64,000 nucleotides of DNA from an uncultured Acidimicrobiia bacterium (GTDB lineage: Bacteria > Actinomycetota > Acidimicrobiia > Acidimicrobiales > CAIXPF01). The DNA lies in NCBI GenBank assembly GCA_903921205.1, contig CAIXPF010000095.1, positions 2,042 to 66,041 on the forward strand, written 5' to 3'. Numbering within the stretch: the stretch's first letter is position 1; each line of letters starts with the position of its first letter. Positions 50,401 through 59,047 of this stretch are shown here, one piece after another. The position numbers and the translations under genes were made by a program. Under the pieces are notes generated by a model. That model had not been told where the DNA came from and searched no databases. It saw only the letters and a program-made list of their open reading frames with translations.

Positions 50401-50580
50401 GGCGAAGGGCGGGCCGTCGAAGAAGACGTACTGATCGTCCTCCGAGCGCTGCTCGACCGAGCGCTCGAAGGCGCCCTCCTGCTGCCAACGGGCCAGGACG
50501 GCGCGTTCGATGGCCGGGTAGTCGGCCCGGACGGGCACCTGCGGATACGGCGTGCCGGCGGAGGAAGAGGGGGCGTTCAT
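47431..50580 (-). CDS. ileS: Isoleucine--tRNA ligase (type 2)
   Basis: DGPPFANGLPHYGH, GWDCHGLP, WTTTPWTLPSN, DWSISRNRFWG, KLSKR. Confidence 0.96.
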   Translation of the reverse strand: MNAPSSSAGTPYPQVPVRADYPAIERAVLARWQQEGAFERSVEQRSEDDQYVFFDGPPFANGLPHYGHLLTGYVKDVVPRYQAMRGKRVERRFGWDCHGLPAEMESEKELGVSGRRNIIDFGIENFNQHCRTSVLRYTDQWRDYVTRQARWVDFDDDYKTMDVSYMESVMWAFKQLYDKGLVYEAHRVMPYSWGAQTPLSNFEIRLDDATRPRQDPALTVLFTLDPRPGDPGVMKVLAWTTTPWTLPSNQALAVGPDLDYAVYREADGTHYVLGAETVGKYERELADAEQVGTIKGTELVGRTYVPLFGYFAEHKERGSFRILAGDFVDTSEGVGVVHMAPGFGEDDQRVCEANGIELVVPVDDEGCFTEEVSDFAGMNVFEANTPITRRLREEGKLVRADSYTHNYPHCWRTDTPVIYRALSSWYVEVTAFRDRLVELNQEINWIPGHVRDGAFGKWLEGARDWSISRNRFWGAPIPVWRSDDPAYPRIDVYGSIAELEADFGVPVTDLHRPFIDDLVRPNPDDPTGRSMMRRVPEVLDCWFESGSMPFAQSHYPFENKQWVDDHTADFIVEYIAQTRGWFYTMHVLSVALFDRPAFKNCICHGVVLDEDGRKLSKRLRNYPDPEEVFETIGSDALRWFLVSSPILRGLDLRIDREGSGISEVVRLVLNPIWNAWYFFTLYANVDQYQAVWRTDSGHLLDRYVLAKTRTLIDSVTRRLDEYDLAGACADVASFLDALNNWYIRRSRERFWGAEVDRDAFDTLYTVLHTLTRVAAPLLPFLTEEVYRGLTGEASVHLTDWPQPDLLPADDDLVRRMDRVREVCSAALSLREARNLRVRLPLARLTVAGRDTDELAAYTELIADELNVKHVEFSGDLEAFGQFVLRPNGRVLGPKLGKDVQTVIKAAKDGQWQANDDGTVVVAGHTLVSGEFDLALTAPEGAATAALRGNDAVVNLDVELTDDLRAEGTARDLIRLVQQARKDADLAVTDRIDLVVELPETVRGAIEAHRTTVADAVLASTVSFADGAQAVPGTLEELPVSFTITVAATG

Positions 50581-50674
50581 AGGCCCCGCCAGCGTAGTTG
50601 TGCCCGCCCCGTCCGCCACAGCAGGCGCCGGCCGGGCCGCGACCGGGGTCGGGGCGGACCCGTCCGGCGGCGGC

Positions 50675-51331
50675 TCAGCCGCCGGTCAGCAGGCCGACCG
50701 GGCAGCTCACGCCGGTGCCGCCGAGCCCGCAATACCCGTTGGGGACCTTGTCGAGGTACTGCTGGTGATAGTCCTCGGCGTAGTAGAAGGTCGGCGCCTC
50801 GGCGATCTCGGTGGTGACCGGGCCGAGGCGGTACTGGGCCAGGCGGGCCCCGAAGACCTCGGCCGAACGGCGGGCCGCCTCGAGCTGGGCCGCGGTGGTG
50901 GTGTAGATCGCCGAGCGGTACTGGGTGCCGATGTCGTTGCCCTGGCGCATGCCCTGGGTGGGGTCGTGGCTCTCCCAGAACACCGCCAGCAGCTGCTCGA
51001 AGGACACCTGCTCGGGGTCGTAGGCCACCAACACCGCCTCGGTGTGGCCGGTCATCCCCGAACACACCTCCTGGTAGGAGGCGTTCGGGGTATGTCCGCC
51101 CTGGTAGCCCACCGCCGTGGTGACGACCCCGTCGGTCTGCCAGAAGCAACGCTCGGCGCCCCAGAAACAGCCCATACCGAAGTAGGCGACCTGCACACCG
51201 TCGGCCCACGGCCCGGTCATCGACGTACCCAGCACCGTGTGCGCCGGTGCCACCGGCATGGTCTGGGTCCGCCCGGGAAGGGCCTCCTCAACGGTGGGGA
51301 TACGGAGCTTGGGGTGACCGAACAGCGCCAT
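50675..51331 (-). CDS. msrA: Peptide-methionine (S)-S-oxide reductase
   Basis: [47 protein letters not shown]. Confidence 0.95.
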   Translation of the reverse strand: MALFGHPKLRIPTVEEALPGRTQTMPVAPAHTVLGTSMTGPWADGVQVAYFGMGCFWGAERCFWQTDGVVTTAVGYQGGHTPNASYQEVCSGMTGHTEAVLVAYDPEQVSFEQLLAVFWESHDPTQGMRQGNDIGTQYRSAIYTTTAAQLEAARRSAEVFGARLAQYRLGPVTTEIAEAPTFYYAEDYHQQYLDKVPNGYCGLGGTGVSCPVGLLTGG

Positions 51332-51372
51332 GACGATCGACCGTCCTTTCCAGGGGAGCGTGACGCCCAACA

Positions 51373-52083
51373 CTACCGGGAGGCCGACGGCTCGGCGCCG
51401 CCGGCCGGGGTGGGGCGCGCCGGGCGAACGAACGCCGCACGATCCCGCTCGACCTCGCCGCGCACCGCGCAGCCCTCGACGTGGTCGTTGACCATGCCCA
51501 TTGCCTGCATCAGCGCGTACATGGTGGTGGGACCGACGAAACGCCAGCCCCGGGCCCGCAATGCCCTGGACATCGCCGTCGATGCCGGGGTGGCCGTCAG
51601 GGCCCGCACCGCGGCATGGTCGCAGAGAGCCGGGCGGTCGGCCGGGCCCGGCTCGAACTGCCACAGGAAGGCGGCGATCGAGCCGGCCTCGTCGATCAGC
51701 TCGAGGGCCCGCCCGGCGTTGCCGATGGCGGCCTCGATCTTGCCGCGGTGCCGCACGATGCCGGCGTCGCCGAGCAGCCGCTCGACGTCGGCCGGACCGA
51801 AGGCGGCCACCTGCGCCGGGTCGAACCCGGCGAAGGCCCGGCGGAAGTTCTCCCGCTTGCGCAGGATGGTCAGCCACGACAGCCCGGCCTGGAAGCCCTC
51901 GAGGCAGAGCTTCTCGAACAGCCGGCGGTCCTCACCGACGGGCCGGCCCCACTCGTGGTCGTGATAGTGCTGGTAGCCGGGGTCAGCGCCCGGCCACCAG
52001 CAACTCACGACCCCGTCGGCACGCCGCAGCAGGCCCTCGGCCGGGAGCGGATCACCCGCCTCTGCGGAACCGTCGCTCGCCAA
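51373..52083 (-). CDS. tag: DNA-3-methyladenine glycosylase I
   Basis: [41 protein letters not shown]. Confidence 0.93.
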   Translation of the reverse strand: MASDGSAEAGDPLPAEGLLRRADGVVSCWWPGADPGYQHYHDHEWGRPVGEDRRLFEKLCLEGFQAGLSWLTILRKRENFRRAFAGFDPAQVAAFGPADVERLLGDAGIVRHRGKIEAAIGNAGRALELIDEAGSIAAFLWQFEPGPADRPALCDHAAVRALTATPASTAMSRALRARGWRFVGPTTMYALMQAMGMVNDHVEGCAVRGEVERDRAAFVRPARPTPAGGAEPSASR

Positions 52084-52088
52084 GGTGG

Positions 52089-52883
52089 TCAGTAGATCTT
52101 GCCGCTGGAGCTCGCCGAGCTGGCCGAGCCGCCCTCGTTGGCGACCTTCACGTCGTTGCGCATGCCGCCGCTGAGGGCCTGCAGGTCGCTCGACACCGTG
52201 ATCATCCGGAACCCGTTGCCCACCCGCTTGGCAGCCAGACCGGAGATCGAATGGATGCCGGGGGTCACGCCGTGACGTTGGCAGCTACCCACGATGGTGG
52301 CGATTGCCTCGTCGAAGACCGTGCCGGGATTGTCCACCCCGGGCGGCAGGCCGTAGGTGATCGACAGGTCGGCCGGTCCCACGTAGACCGCGTCGATCCC
52401 GGGCACGGAGAGGATGTCGTCGACGGCCTCGACGGCCTGACGGGTCTCGACCATGGGGATGCAGGCGATCTCGTCGTTGGCCCACGAGTAGTAGTCGGCA
52501 CCGAAGGCCATACCGGCCCGGATGGGGCCGAAGCTCCGCGCCCCCGCCGGGGCGTAGCGGCACGCCGCCACCGCAGCCTGGGCCTCGGCCCGGGAGTTCA
52601 CCATCGGGATGACCACCCCGAGCGCACCGGCGTCGAGGACCCGGCCGATGATGCCCGGCTCCAGCCACGGCACCCGCACGATGGGCGTGGAGTCGGCGCC
52701 GCGCATCGCCGCCAGCATGTTGATGGCGACCTGGTAGTCGGCCACCCCGTGCTGCATGTCGACACAGACGTAGTCGAACCCCGCGAGCGCGGCCGCTTCG
52801 GCCACGAGCGGGCTGGGGATCGACAGCCAGGCACCGTAGGTCGGCTCGCCCGCGCGCCACTTTTCCTTGAGACGGTTCTTCAC
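52089..52883 (-). CDS. HpcH/HpaI aldolase family protein
   Basis: GFDYVCVDMQHG, LDAGA.GV..PMV, MVET, YVGPADLS. Confidence 0.9.
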   Translation of the reverse strand: MKNRLKEKWRAGEPTYGAWLSIPSPLVAEAAALAGFDYVCVDMQHGVADYQVAINMLAAMRGADSTPIVRVPWLEPGIIGRVLDAGALGVVIPMVNSRAEAQAAVAACRYAPAGARSFGPIRAGMAFGADYYSWANDEIACIPMVETRQAVEAVDDILSVPGIDAVYVGPADLSITYGLPPGVDNPGTVFDEAIATIVGSCQRHGVTPGIHSISGLAAKRVGNGFRMITVSSDLQALSGGMRNDVKVANEGGSASSASSSGKIY

Positions 52884-52938
52884 GGACGGGACGCTACTCG
52901 GCCCCGGCAGGGTCGGCCCGGCGATAGGGTGCGCGGCG

Positions 52939-53805
52939 ATGGGCTGGCTGCAACGCATCATCGGCGGCCCTGCGAGTGGGCGCGGGAGTGGGCGCGGGAG
53001 TGGGCGCGGGAGTGGCGCCCGGGAGCCTTCGGGGCAACGGGACCAGGGCAACCCGCCCTCCGCCAACGGGGCATCGTCGATGCACCTGTTCTGGGACCTC
53101 GACGGTCGGTTCGCCGCCGCCGAGGTCACCCTGACCGTCACCGAGCCACCCCGGGTGGACCGCCTGTACTTCTGGGCGCTGCAGGCCACCTTCACCGACG
53201 GCACCGAGGACTTCGGCGGTGCCCACCTCGGCCTGCAGTGGCACCCCGACCACCCGGGCGGCACCGCCGCGAACTGGGGCGGCTACCGCAGCGGGGGCGG
53301 CGAACTCGACGGATCACGCAGCGAGCTGCCCTCGGCGCTCGGCAACCCCCACACGCGGGACTTCGCCTGGCAGCCGCACGTTCCCTACCGGCTGCGGATC
53401 GAGCGCAGCCCCGACCGGTCCGGCGCCTGGCGCGGCTCGGTCGGCAACCAGCGCACCGGATCGGTCACCGTGATTCGTGACCTCTACCCCGGCGGTACCC
53501 ACCTGCGCTCGCTGATGGTCTGGTCGGAGGTATTCGCCCGTTGCGAGCACCCGTCGGTCGCGGTGCAGTGGTCGGACCCCGTGGCCGTCGACGACGACGG
53601 CGCTCGGCACCGGCCGGCTGCGGTGACGGTGAACTACCAGTCCCTCGACGACGGCGGCTGCTCGAACACGTCGTCTGACGCGGTGACCGAAGGCGGTACC
53701 GATGGTCGGGATCAGGATCAGGGTCAGGGTCCGGGCTGCGGCATCGTGCAGCGCACCGCCGTGCCGCGCACCACCCCGCAGGGGACCCGCCTGGGCCTAC
53801 CGTGA
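52939..53805 (+). CDS. Hypothetical beta-rich protein
   Basis: Trp-rich segments LYFWALQATF, GAHLGLQW, ANWGGY, VWSEVF; no family confidently recognised. Confidence 0.7.
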   Translation: MGWLQRIIGGPASGRGSGRGSGRGSGAREPSGQRDQGNPPSANGASSMHLFWDLDGRFAAAEVTLTVTEPPRVDRLYFWALQATFTDGTEDFGGAHLGLQWHPDHPGGTAANWGGYRSGGGELDGSRSELPSALGNPHTRDFAWQPHVPYRLRIERSPDRSGAWRGSVGNQRTGSVTVIRDLYPGGTHLRSLMVWSEVFARCEHPSVAVQWSDPVAVDDDGARHRPAAVTVNYQSLDDGGCSNTSSDAVTEGGTDGRDQDQGQGPGCGIVQRTAVPRTTPQGTRLGLP

Positions 53806-54864
53806 GGCGTCGGCGACCAGCGCGGTGGCGTCGTCGGGCAGCCGACTCTGCACCGTGAAGGTCCCACCCTCGACCGGATGGGGCAGGGTGAGCCGCCAGG
53901 CGTGCAGCATGACCCGGGGTCCTGCTTCGCCGCCGTAGAGCTCGTCGCCCACGATCGGCAGGCCGCTGCCGGCGAGATGCACCCGGATCTGATGGGTCCG
54001 GCCCGTGAGCGGCCGGGCCTCGATCACCACCAGCGATCCGGCCGTGCGGCGATGCACCCGGAAGGAGGTCTCGGCGTGATCGCCACCGCTGCTCACCGGC
54101 CCGTACTTCGCCGGACGGTTGCGCGGGCTCACCCGGCCGAGATGGTCCGACACGGTCCAGGACTCGCCCGGCAACCGCCCACGACATACTGCGAGGTATT
54201 GTTTGACCACCCGGCGGCCGGCGAACGTGTCGGCGAGCGCGGGGTTCACCGAGCGGTCCTTCGCGAAGAGCACCAGCCCGGTGGTGTCGCGGTCGAGGCG
54301 ATGGTGGATGGCCAGGTAGGGCCCGTCCGCGCCGGATGCAGGTCCGGCAGTACCGGCGCCGGCAGGCGACCGGGCGGCGAGCAGGGCCTGCACCATACCG
54401 TGCAGATGCGCCCGGGCGGGGTCGATCGTGGCGTGGGTGGGCAGGCCCGCCGGTTTGTCCACCACGATCAGCCACTCGTCCTCGTAGCGCACCGAGGCCT
54501 CGGTGAGCGGCGGTACGGCAGCCGACGTCGCCGCCGGGGCCACGCCGCGCCGCCCGGCACCGTCGGACGGGCTGCCGGAGGCACCGTCGTCGAGCCGGCA
54601 GACGATCCGGTACCCGAGCTGCACCGTGGCCGACGGGTGGGTACGTACCCGGCCGTTGACCGTTACCGCCCCGGCCACGATCAACCGCTGCACGCCATTG
54701 CGGCTGAGCGTCACGCCATCGGCGGCCAGACCGTCACCGACCACGCGGTCGAGCCGGGCCCCGACCCGGTCGGGCCCGACGATGATCGTGCGGACGCCAC
54801 CGGCAGCCCGGGCGGGCGGGCGGGGTGCGGACGGCGACGACGGGCTGGACCGGGGCGGTGGCAT
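53797..54864 (-). CDS. RluA/RluD-family pseudouridine synthase
   Basis: S4-like N-terminus, VVDKPAGL, HRLDRDTTGL, TGRTHQIRVHLA, GDELYG. Confidence 0.93.
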   Translation of the reverse strand: MPPPRSSPSSPSAPRPPARAAGGVRTIIVGPDRVGARLDRVVGDGLAADGVTLSRNGVQRLIVAGAVTVNGRVRTHPSATVQLGYRIVCRLDDGASGSPSDGAGRRGVAPAATSAAVPPLTEASVRYEDEWLIVVDKPAGLPTHATIDPARAHLHGMVQALLAARSPAGAGTAGPASGADGPYLAIHHRLDRDTTGLVLFAKDRSVNPALADTFAGRRVVKQYLAVCRGRLPGESWTVSDHLGRVSPRNRPAKYGPVSSGGDHAETSFRVHRRTAGSLVVIEARPLTGRTHQIRVHLAGSGLPIVGDELYGGEAGPRVMLHAWRLTLPHPVEGGTFTVQSRLPDDATALVADASR

Positions 54865-54944
54865 CGCTGCCGACACTACGCCGGGGCGGGCCGGTCCACG
54901 CGGGTGAGACCCCACAGCCCCCGCCGGTCCGTAGGCTGGCAGCT

Positions 54945-55499
54945 GTGGACGTGACGTCGATGAACCTGTTCTTCACCCTGCTGGCGTTCCTGGCCGGCGG
55001 TGCGGCGGTCGCGTTGCTGGTCCTCTCGCTGGTCTCCGCACCGGCGGTCCTCCGGCTGCGTCGCGACGTCGCCGACGCTGCGCTGCCGCTGGCCCTGGCG
55101 GTCGCTGCCACGTGCACCGCCGGCAGCCTGTACTACTCCGAGGTGATGCACTACACGCCCTGCAAGCTGTGCTGGTTCCAGCGCATCTGCATGTACCCGC
55201 TGGTGGTGCTGTTCACCGTGGCCGTGGCCCGCAAGGACCGGGGGATCCGCTTCTACGCCCTGCCGCTGAGCCTGATCGGCGGCGCGATCTCGATCTACCA
55301 CTATCAGTTGCAGCGCTTCCCGCAGCAGCACTCCGCGGTGTGCACGATCGAGGCGCCCTGCACCGCCAAAGAAGTCGAACAGTTCGGTTTCGTGACCATC
55401 CCGATGATGGCGCTGGCCGGCTTCACCCTCATCGCTGCGCTGATGTTCTGTCTGCACGTCGCGTCCCGTACCCCCCTCACCGACCAGGAGGCGTCATGA
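54945..55499 (+). CDS. dsbB: Disulfide bond formation protein B (DsbB/BdbC family)
   Basis: GSLYYSE, PCKLCWFQRI.MYP, second Cys pair, FGFVTIP.M. Confidence 0.88.
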   Translation: MDVTSMNLFFTLLAFLAGGAAVALLVLSLVSAPAVLRLRRDVADAALPLALAVAATCTAGSLYYSEVMHYTPCKLCWFQRICMYPLVVLFTVAVARKDRGIRFYALPLSLIGGAISIYHYQLQRFPQQHSAVCTIEAPCTAKEVEQFGFVTIPMMALAGFTLIAALMFCLHVASRTPLTDQEAS

Positions 55500-56164
55500 G
55501 CCCCAACCCCCCCAAGGCCCCGGCCCGCAGCCGCGCCCCGTGGATCATCGGATCCGTCGTCGCGGTGGTCGCCCTGCTCTTCGCCGTGGTGGCGCTGCTG
55601 TCGGGAACCGGTTCCGGCGGCAGCGACGGCGGCGCCACCGGGGACGCCGGACGGATGGGGGTCGTCAACGGTCCCGTCACCATCACCGGGGCCGCCCTGC
55701 CTGCCATCGCCCAGACCGGTGCCGACCCCGCTGCGGGCAAGGCGTTCCCGACATTGAAGGGTTCGAACCTGCTCGACGGGTCGCCGCTCGAGATCGGCGC
55801 CGACGGGCGGCCCAAGGTCGTCATGTACGTCGCCCACTGGTGCCCGCACTGCCAGGCCGAGATACCGGTGATCACCAAGTGGATCGCCGAGCACGGCAAC
55901 CCGAAGGACGTCGACCTCTATGCCGTGTCCACCGCCGTCGTGCCCGAACGGGGCAACTTCCCCCCGGCGTCGTGGTTGGAGCGCGAGAAGTGGCCGGTGC
56001 CGACCATGGCCGACACCGAGGACGGCAGCGCCTTCAAGGCCGCCGGGCTGTCGTCGTTCCCGAGCTTCGTGGTGGTCGACGCCAACGGCAAGGTCGTCAC
56101 CCGCACCTCCGGAGAGCTGAGCACCGTCCAGTTCGAGCAGCTGTTGGCCCAGGCCAAGGGCTGA
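55496..56164 (+). CDS. Membrane-anchored TlpA/thioredoxin-like protein
   Basis: N-terminal TM helix, AHWCPHC, FP cis-Pro loop; ATGA overlap with dsbB. Confidence 0.88.
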   Translation: MSPNPPKAPARSRAPWIIGSVVAVVALLFAVVALLSGTGSGGSDGGATGDAGRMGVVNGPVTITGAALPAIAQTGADPAAGKAFPTLKGSNLLDGSPLEIGADGRPKVVMYVAHWCPHCQAEIPVITKWIAEHGNPKDVDLYAVSTAVVPERGNFPPASWLEREKWPVPTMADTEDGSAFKAAGLSSFPSFVVVDANGKVVTRTSGELSTVQFEQLLAQAKG

Positions 56165-56182
56165 GGTGTTGACTGCCCCGTG

Positions 56183-56881
56183 ATGAACGAGCCTGCTTTC
56201 GCCACCGACGCCGTACCGGCCGCGACCGTGATCCTGTTGCGCGACGGCCTGGACGGCGTGGAGACGCTGATGTTGCGCCGGAATGCCGCGCTGGCGTTCG
56301 CGGGCGGCGCCTGGGTCTTCCCCGGCGGACGCGTCGACCCCGGCGACCTCGATCCGGCACAGCCCGACGACGAGATCGCCGCAGCCCGACGGGCCGCGGC
56401 CCGGGAGGCGAGCGAGGAGGCCGGGCTCGACCTCGACCCGGCCGAGTTCGCGGTGCTGGCCCGTTGGTCCCCGCCGCCGCAGGCCCCGCGCCGGTTCAAC
56501 ACCTGGTTCTTCGTGGCCGCCGCAGGCCAGGGCGAGGTCGTCATCGACGGCGGCGAGATCCACGACCACGCCTGGACCTCGCCCCGGGAGGCCATGCGCC
56601 GTCGCCTGGCCGGCGAGATCGAGATGATCCCACCGACCTGGGTCACCCTGCTCGGACTGTCGGCGTTTGCCACGGTCGACGACGCCCTCGACACCATCAA
56701 GCACCGCCGGCCCGACGAGTTCGTCACCCGGATGGTCAAGCTCGACGACGGCCGCCAGGCGCTGCTGTGGGGCGGCGACAGCGGACACGAGACCGGTTCG
56801 CTCGACCTGCCGGGCACCCGGCACCGGCTGTGGCTGCACGAGCCGGAATGGCGCTACGAGCGGGACTTCGACCGGGTCTGA
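56183..56881 (+). CDS. NUDIX hydrolase
   Basis: PAATVILLRD, WVFPGGRVD, AAAREASEEAGL, RRFNTWFF. Confidence 0.88.
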   Translation: MNEPAFATDAVPAATVILLRDGLDGVETLMLRRNAALAFAGGAWVFPGGRVDPGDLDPAQPDDEIAAARRAAAREASEEAGLDLDPAEFAVLARWSPPPQAPRRFNTWFFVAAAGQGEVVIDGGEIHDHAWTSPREAMRRRLAGEIEMIPPTWVTLLGLSAFATVDDALDTIKHRRPDEFVTRMVKLDDGRQALLWGGDSGHETGSLDLPGTRHRLWLHEPEWRYERDFDRV

Positions 56882-56941
56882 CCGACACCCGGGCCGGCTG
56901 CGGGCGCCCGCCGTCCGGTCGGTGAACGCCGCGGTGCTCGC

Positions 56942-57685
56942 TCAGGGCCGGTGCACGGTGGCCGCCACGAGACCGACCGTCTGGGCCACCACGACCAGGG
57001 CGCCGAGGACATCGCCGGTGTAGCCACCCAGCCTGCGCCGGGCCAGCGTCATCACGCCGAACGCGCCCAGCAGACCACCCAGTAGCGCACCAAGCCCGCT
57101 ACTGCCCGCGAGCACCAGCACCACCGCGCCGCCCCCGGCGCCGCTGACCGCCCCGATCACGTTGGCCCGACGCTCACCGAACGCCGTCGCCAGCCCGCTC
57201 GGCCGGGCGTACGGCAGGATCACCGTCGTGGCCGACATCGCGCCCCGGGCGAGTGCCCAGAGACCGGCGAGCAGCAGGGGCGAGGGCGACAGGGCGGCGA
57301 GGGCCACGACCTGCAGCACGATGCAGAGCCCGACGACCACCACGGCGAACGCCCCGACGTCAGGGGTGCGCATCACCGTCAGGCGGCGCTCACGGTCCAT
57401 CGGGGCGAGCAGTCCGTCAGCGCAATCGGCCAACCCGTCGAGGTGCAACATGCCGGTCAGCCCGGCGTCGAGGGCCACGATCAGCGCGGCGGCGACCAGC
57501 GGCGGGGCCACCGACCCCAGCGCCCACCAAGCACCGCCGAGCACGGCCCCGAGCACCAGGCCGACCGCACCGAAGTAGGCCGGTGCCCACCGGTGCGGCG
57601 CGCTCGCCCCGCCGATCACCGTGAGCAGCGAGCAGGCAGAACGCCAACCGGTGCCGCCTCCGGCCTGCGGTTCGCCGGTGCTCAC
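56942..57685 (-). CDS. cobS: Adenosylcobinamide-GDP ribazoletransferase (cobalamin synthase)
   Basis: TGMLHLDGLADCADG, M..P.VGAF, GGYTGDVLGA. Confidence 0.92.
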   Translation of the reverse strand: MSTGEPQAGGGTGWRSACSLLTVIGGASAPHRWAPAYFGAVGLVLGAVLGGAWWALGSVAPPLVAAALIVALDAGLTGMLHLDGLADCADGLLAPMDRERRLTVMRTPDVGAFAVVVVGLCIVLQVVALAALSPSPLLLAGLWALARGAMSATTVILPYARPSGLATAFGERRANVIGAVSGAGGGAVVLVLAGSSGLGALLGGLLGAFGVMTLARRRLGGYTGDVLGALVVVAQTVGLVAATVHRP

Positions 57686-58185
57686 GGCAGCACGTCCTGC
57701 CAGCCCACCAGCGGCAGGGCCCGACCGGCGACCACCAGCACGCTGCGCTGCGCGACGTCGGCCACCGCCCGGTTGAGCGAGCCGAGCGCATCCCGGAAGC
57801 GCACCCCGACCTCGGTGGGGGGATGCACGCTGAGGCCGACCTCGTCGCTCACCACGACGGTGTCGCCCCGGCGCTCCACCAGTGCCCGGCACAGCGCCCC
57901 GGTGTCGGCCACGAAGTCCTCGTGGCGGGCCAGCCAGGTGCCCAACGAGTCGACCAGGACGGTGCCGTCGATCCCGGTCAGCGCAGCGGGCAGGTCGATG
58001 CCGACCTCGACGGTGGCCCACTCGGCCGGCCGCCGGACCCGGTGGGCCTCGATGCGCGCCGCCATCGCCGCATCGCTGTTCCACCCGGTGGCGACGTAGG
58101 TGACCGGCGGGGCGAGACGCGCCACCCAGCGTTCCGCCAGATCGGACTTGCCCGAGCGGGCACCACCGAGCACCAACACGATCAC
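57682..58185 (-). CDS. cobU: Adenosylcobinamide kinase / phosphate guanylyltransferase
   Basis: LVLGGARSGKS, RI..HR.RRP..W, VSDEVG, FRD.LG.LN. Confidence 0.93.
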   Translation of the reverse strand: MIVLVLGGARSGKSDLAERWVARLAPPVTYVATGWNSDAAMAARIEAHRVRRPAEWATVEVGIDLPAALTGIDGTVLVDSLGTWLARHEDFVADTGALCRALVERRGDTVVVSDEVGLSVHPPTEVGVRFRDALGSLNRAVADVAQRSVLVVAGRALPLVGWQDVLP

Positions 58186-58417
58186 CCGGCGAACGGTAGA
58201 GGATGACGTACCGCAGCACCTGCACCCACCGGGCCGAACCGTTCCGTCCGTGCCGGCAGCACGACCCTGACCAGGGAGAACACGGGGCCCAGGGGTCCCG
58301 TCAATGCAGTGACCAACGTCCCTTGTGCTTGTGTTCACGATCGCATACGGTCTTTTCACCCCCCAACAAGCAACCGAGGCGTCGGCGAACGCCCCGATTC
58401 CAGCAAGGAGAGTCCCT

Positions 58418-58555
58418 GTGGCTGCGACAACGAAGTCCCGCCCCCTCGCTCAACTGTGCTCCTGTGGCCGTCCGTGCGTGCAGTACGTGACCGCCAAGGG
58501 CTGGGCGTCTGCGACCTACTGCGCCGAGTGCGCCAAGGACGAGCAGGCTCGCTGA
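58418..58555 (+). CDS. 45-aa Cys-rich putative zinc-binding microprotein
   Basis: AAGGAG RBS, GTG start, CSCGRPC...YCAEC; -10 TACGGT at 58346-58351; terminator downstream. Confidence 0.68.
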   Translation: MAATTKSRPLAQLCSCGRPCVQYVTAKGWASATYCAECAKDEQAR

Positions 58556-58632
58556 GCGCCGTCACGGCCGACGACGCCGGTCCGGCCCACCCCCCTCCCC
58601 CCGGGGCGGGCCGCCACCGAACCGTCGGAACC

Positions 58633-58672
58633 GCATCGGGCCCGGGTCCCCACCCGGGCCCGATGCCGTTTT
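58633..58672 (+). terminator. Rho-independent terminator-like hairpin
   Basis: 15-bp perfect stem GCATCGGGCCCGGGT-CCCC-ACCCGGGCCCGATGC followed by CGTTTT. Confidence 0.7.
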
Positions 58673-58706
58673 GCTCCCCCGATGCCGTTTTGCTCCCCCG
58701 ATGCCG
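58659..58706. repeat. 19-bp tandem repeat (2.5 copies)
   Basis: CCCGATGCCGTTTTGCTCC x2 plus CCCGATGCCG. Confidence 0.8.
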
Positions 58707-58754
58707 GACCGTGCCCGACCGGCCCGGGCCCGCATGGGGCCTGCGGCCCGGGAA

Positions 58755-58970
58755 GCGGATGGCCCATCGTCGCCGGCGACACCCCGGGGTTCACTGACGA
58801 GCGAAGGGGCGGTCGTCGGGCGGAGGACAGCCCCTTCACGGCGATAGGAGCGGCCCGGGAACTGTCCCCCGGGCCGCTCAGCCGCGTCCGGGCCCGAGAT
58901 CCACGAGGTGACGGGCCATCGGATCGTCGAGGAAAGGACCCCACCCAGGGTCCGAACGGGTGTCATCCGC
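58755..58970 (-). ncRNA. Putative multi-stem structured RNA of unknown family
   Basis: Four hairpins nested in long-range stems; A-C mismatches on + become G-U pairs on -. Confidence 0.45.
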
Positions 58971-59047
58971 CGTTGCACCCGACCGACGCCGGGGCCCGGC
59001 CGAGCACGACCCTGGTCAGCGGAGTCCCTGGACGCCAGAATGGAACG

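Noticed and set aside
47374-50817. 1147-aa plus-strand ORF and many other long overlapping ORFs
   Set aside because: These are antisense or alternate-frame shadows of real genes caused by high-GC codon bias; they contain no recognisable motifs.
50675-56164. Additional Sec-containing redox proteins (MsrA, DsbB, TlpA)
   Set aside because: All have ordinary Cys codons (GCFWG, CKLC, CPHC).
58659-58706. CRISPR-like repeats (also 14512-14559 and 37169-37200)
   Set aside because: The units are directly adjacent with no spacers, are too short, and no cas genes are present.
58794-58935. Hammerhead ribozyme (CTGACGA ... GAAA)
   Set aside because: The GAAA does not directly close stem II, the stem I/III geometry does not fit, and G-U evidence favours the opposite strand.
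58186-58970. Cobalamin riboswitch upstream of cobU-cobS
   Set aside because: No B12-box or GCCACTG-type conserved elements were seen, and cobU appears leaderless.
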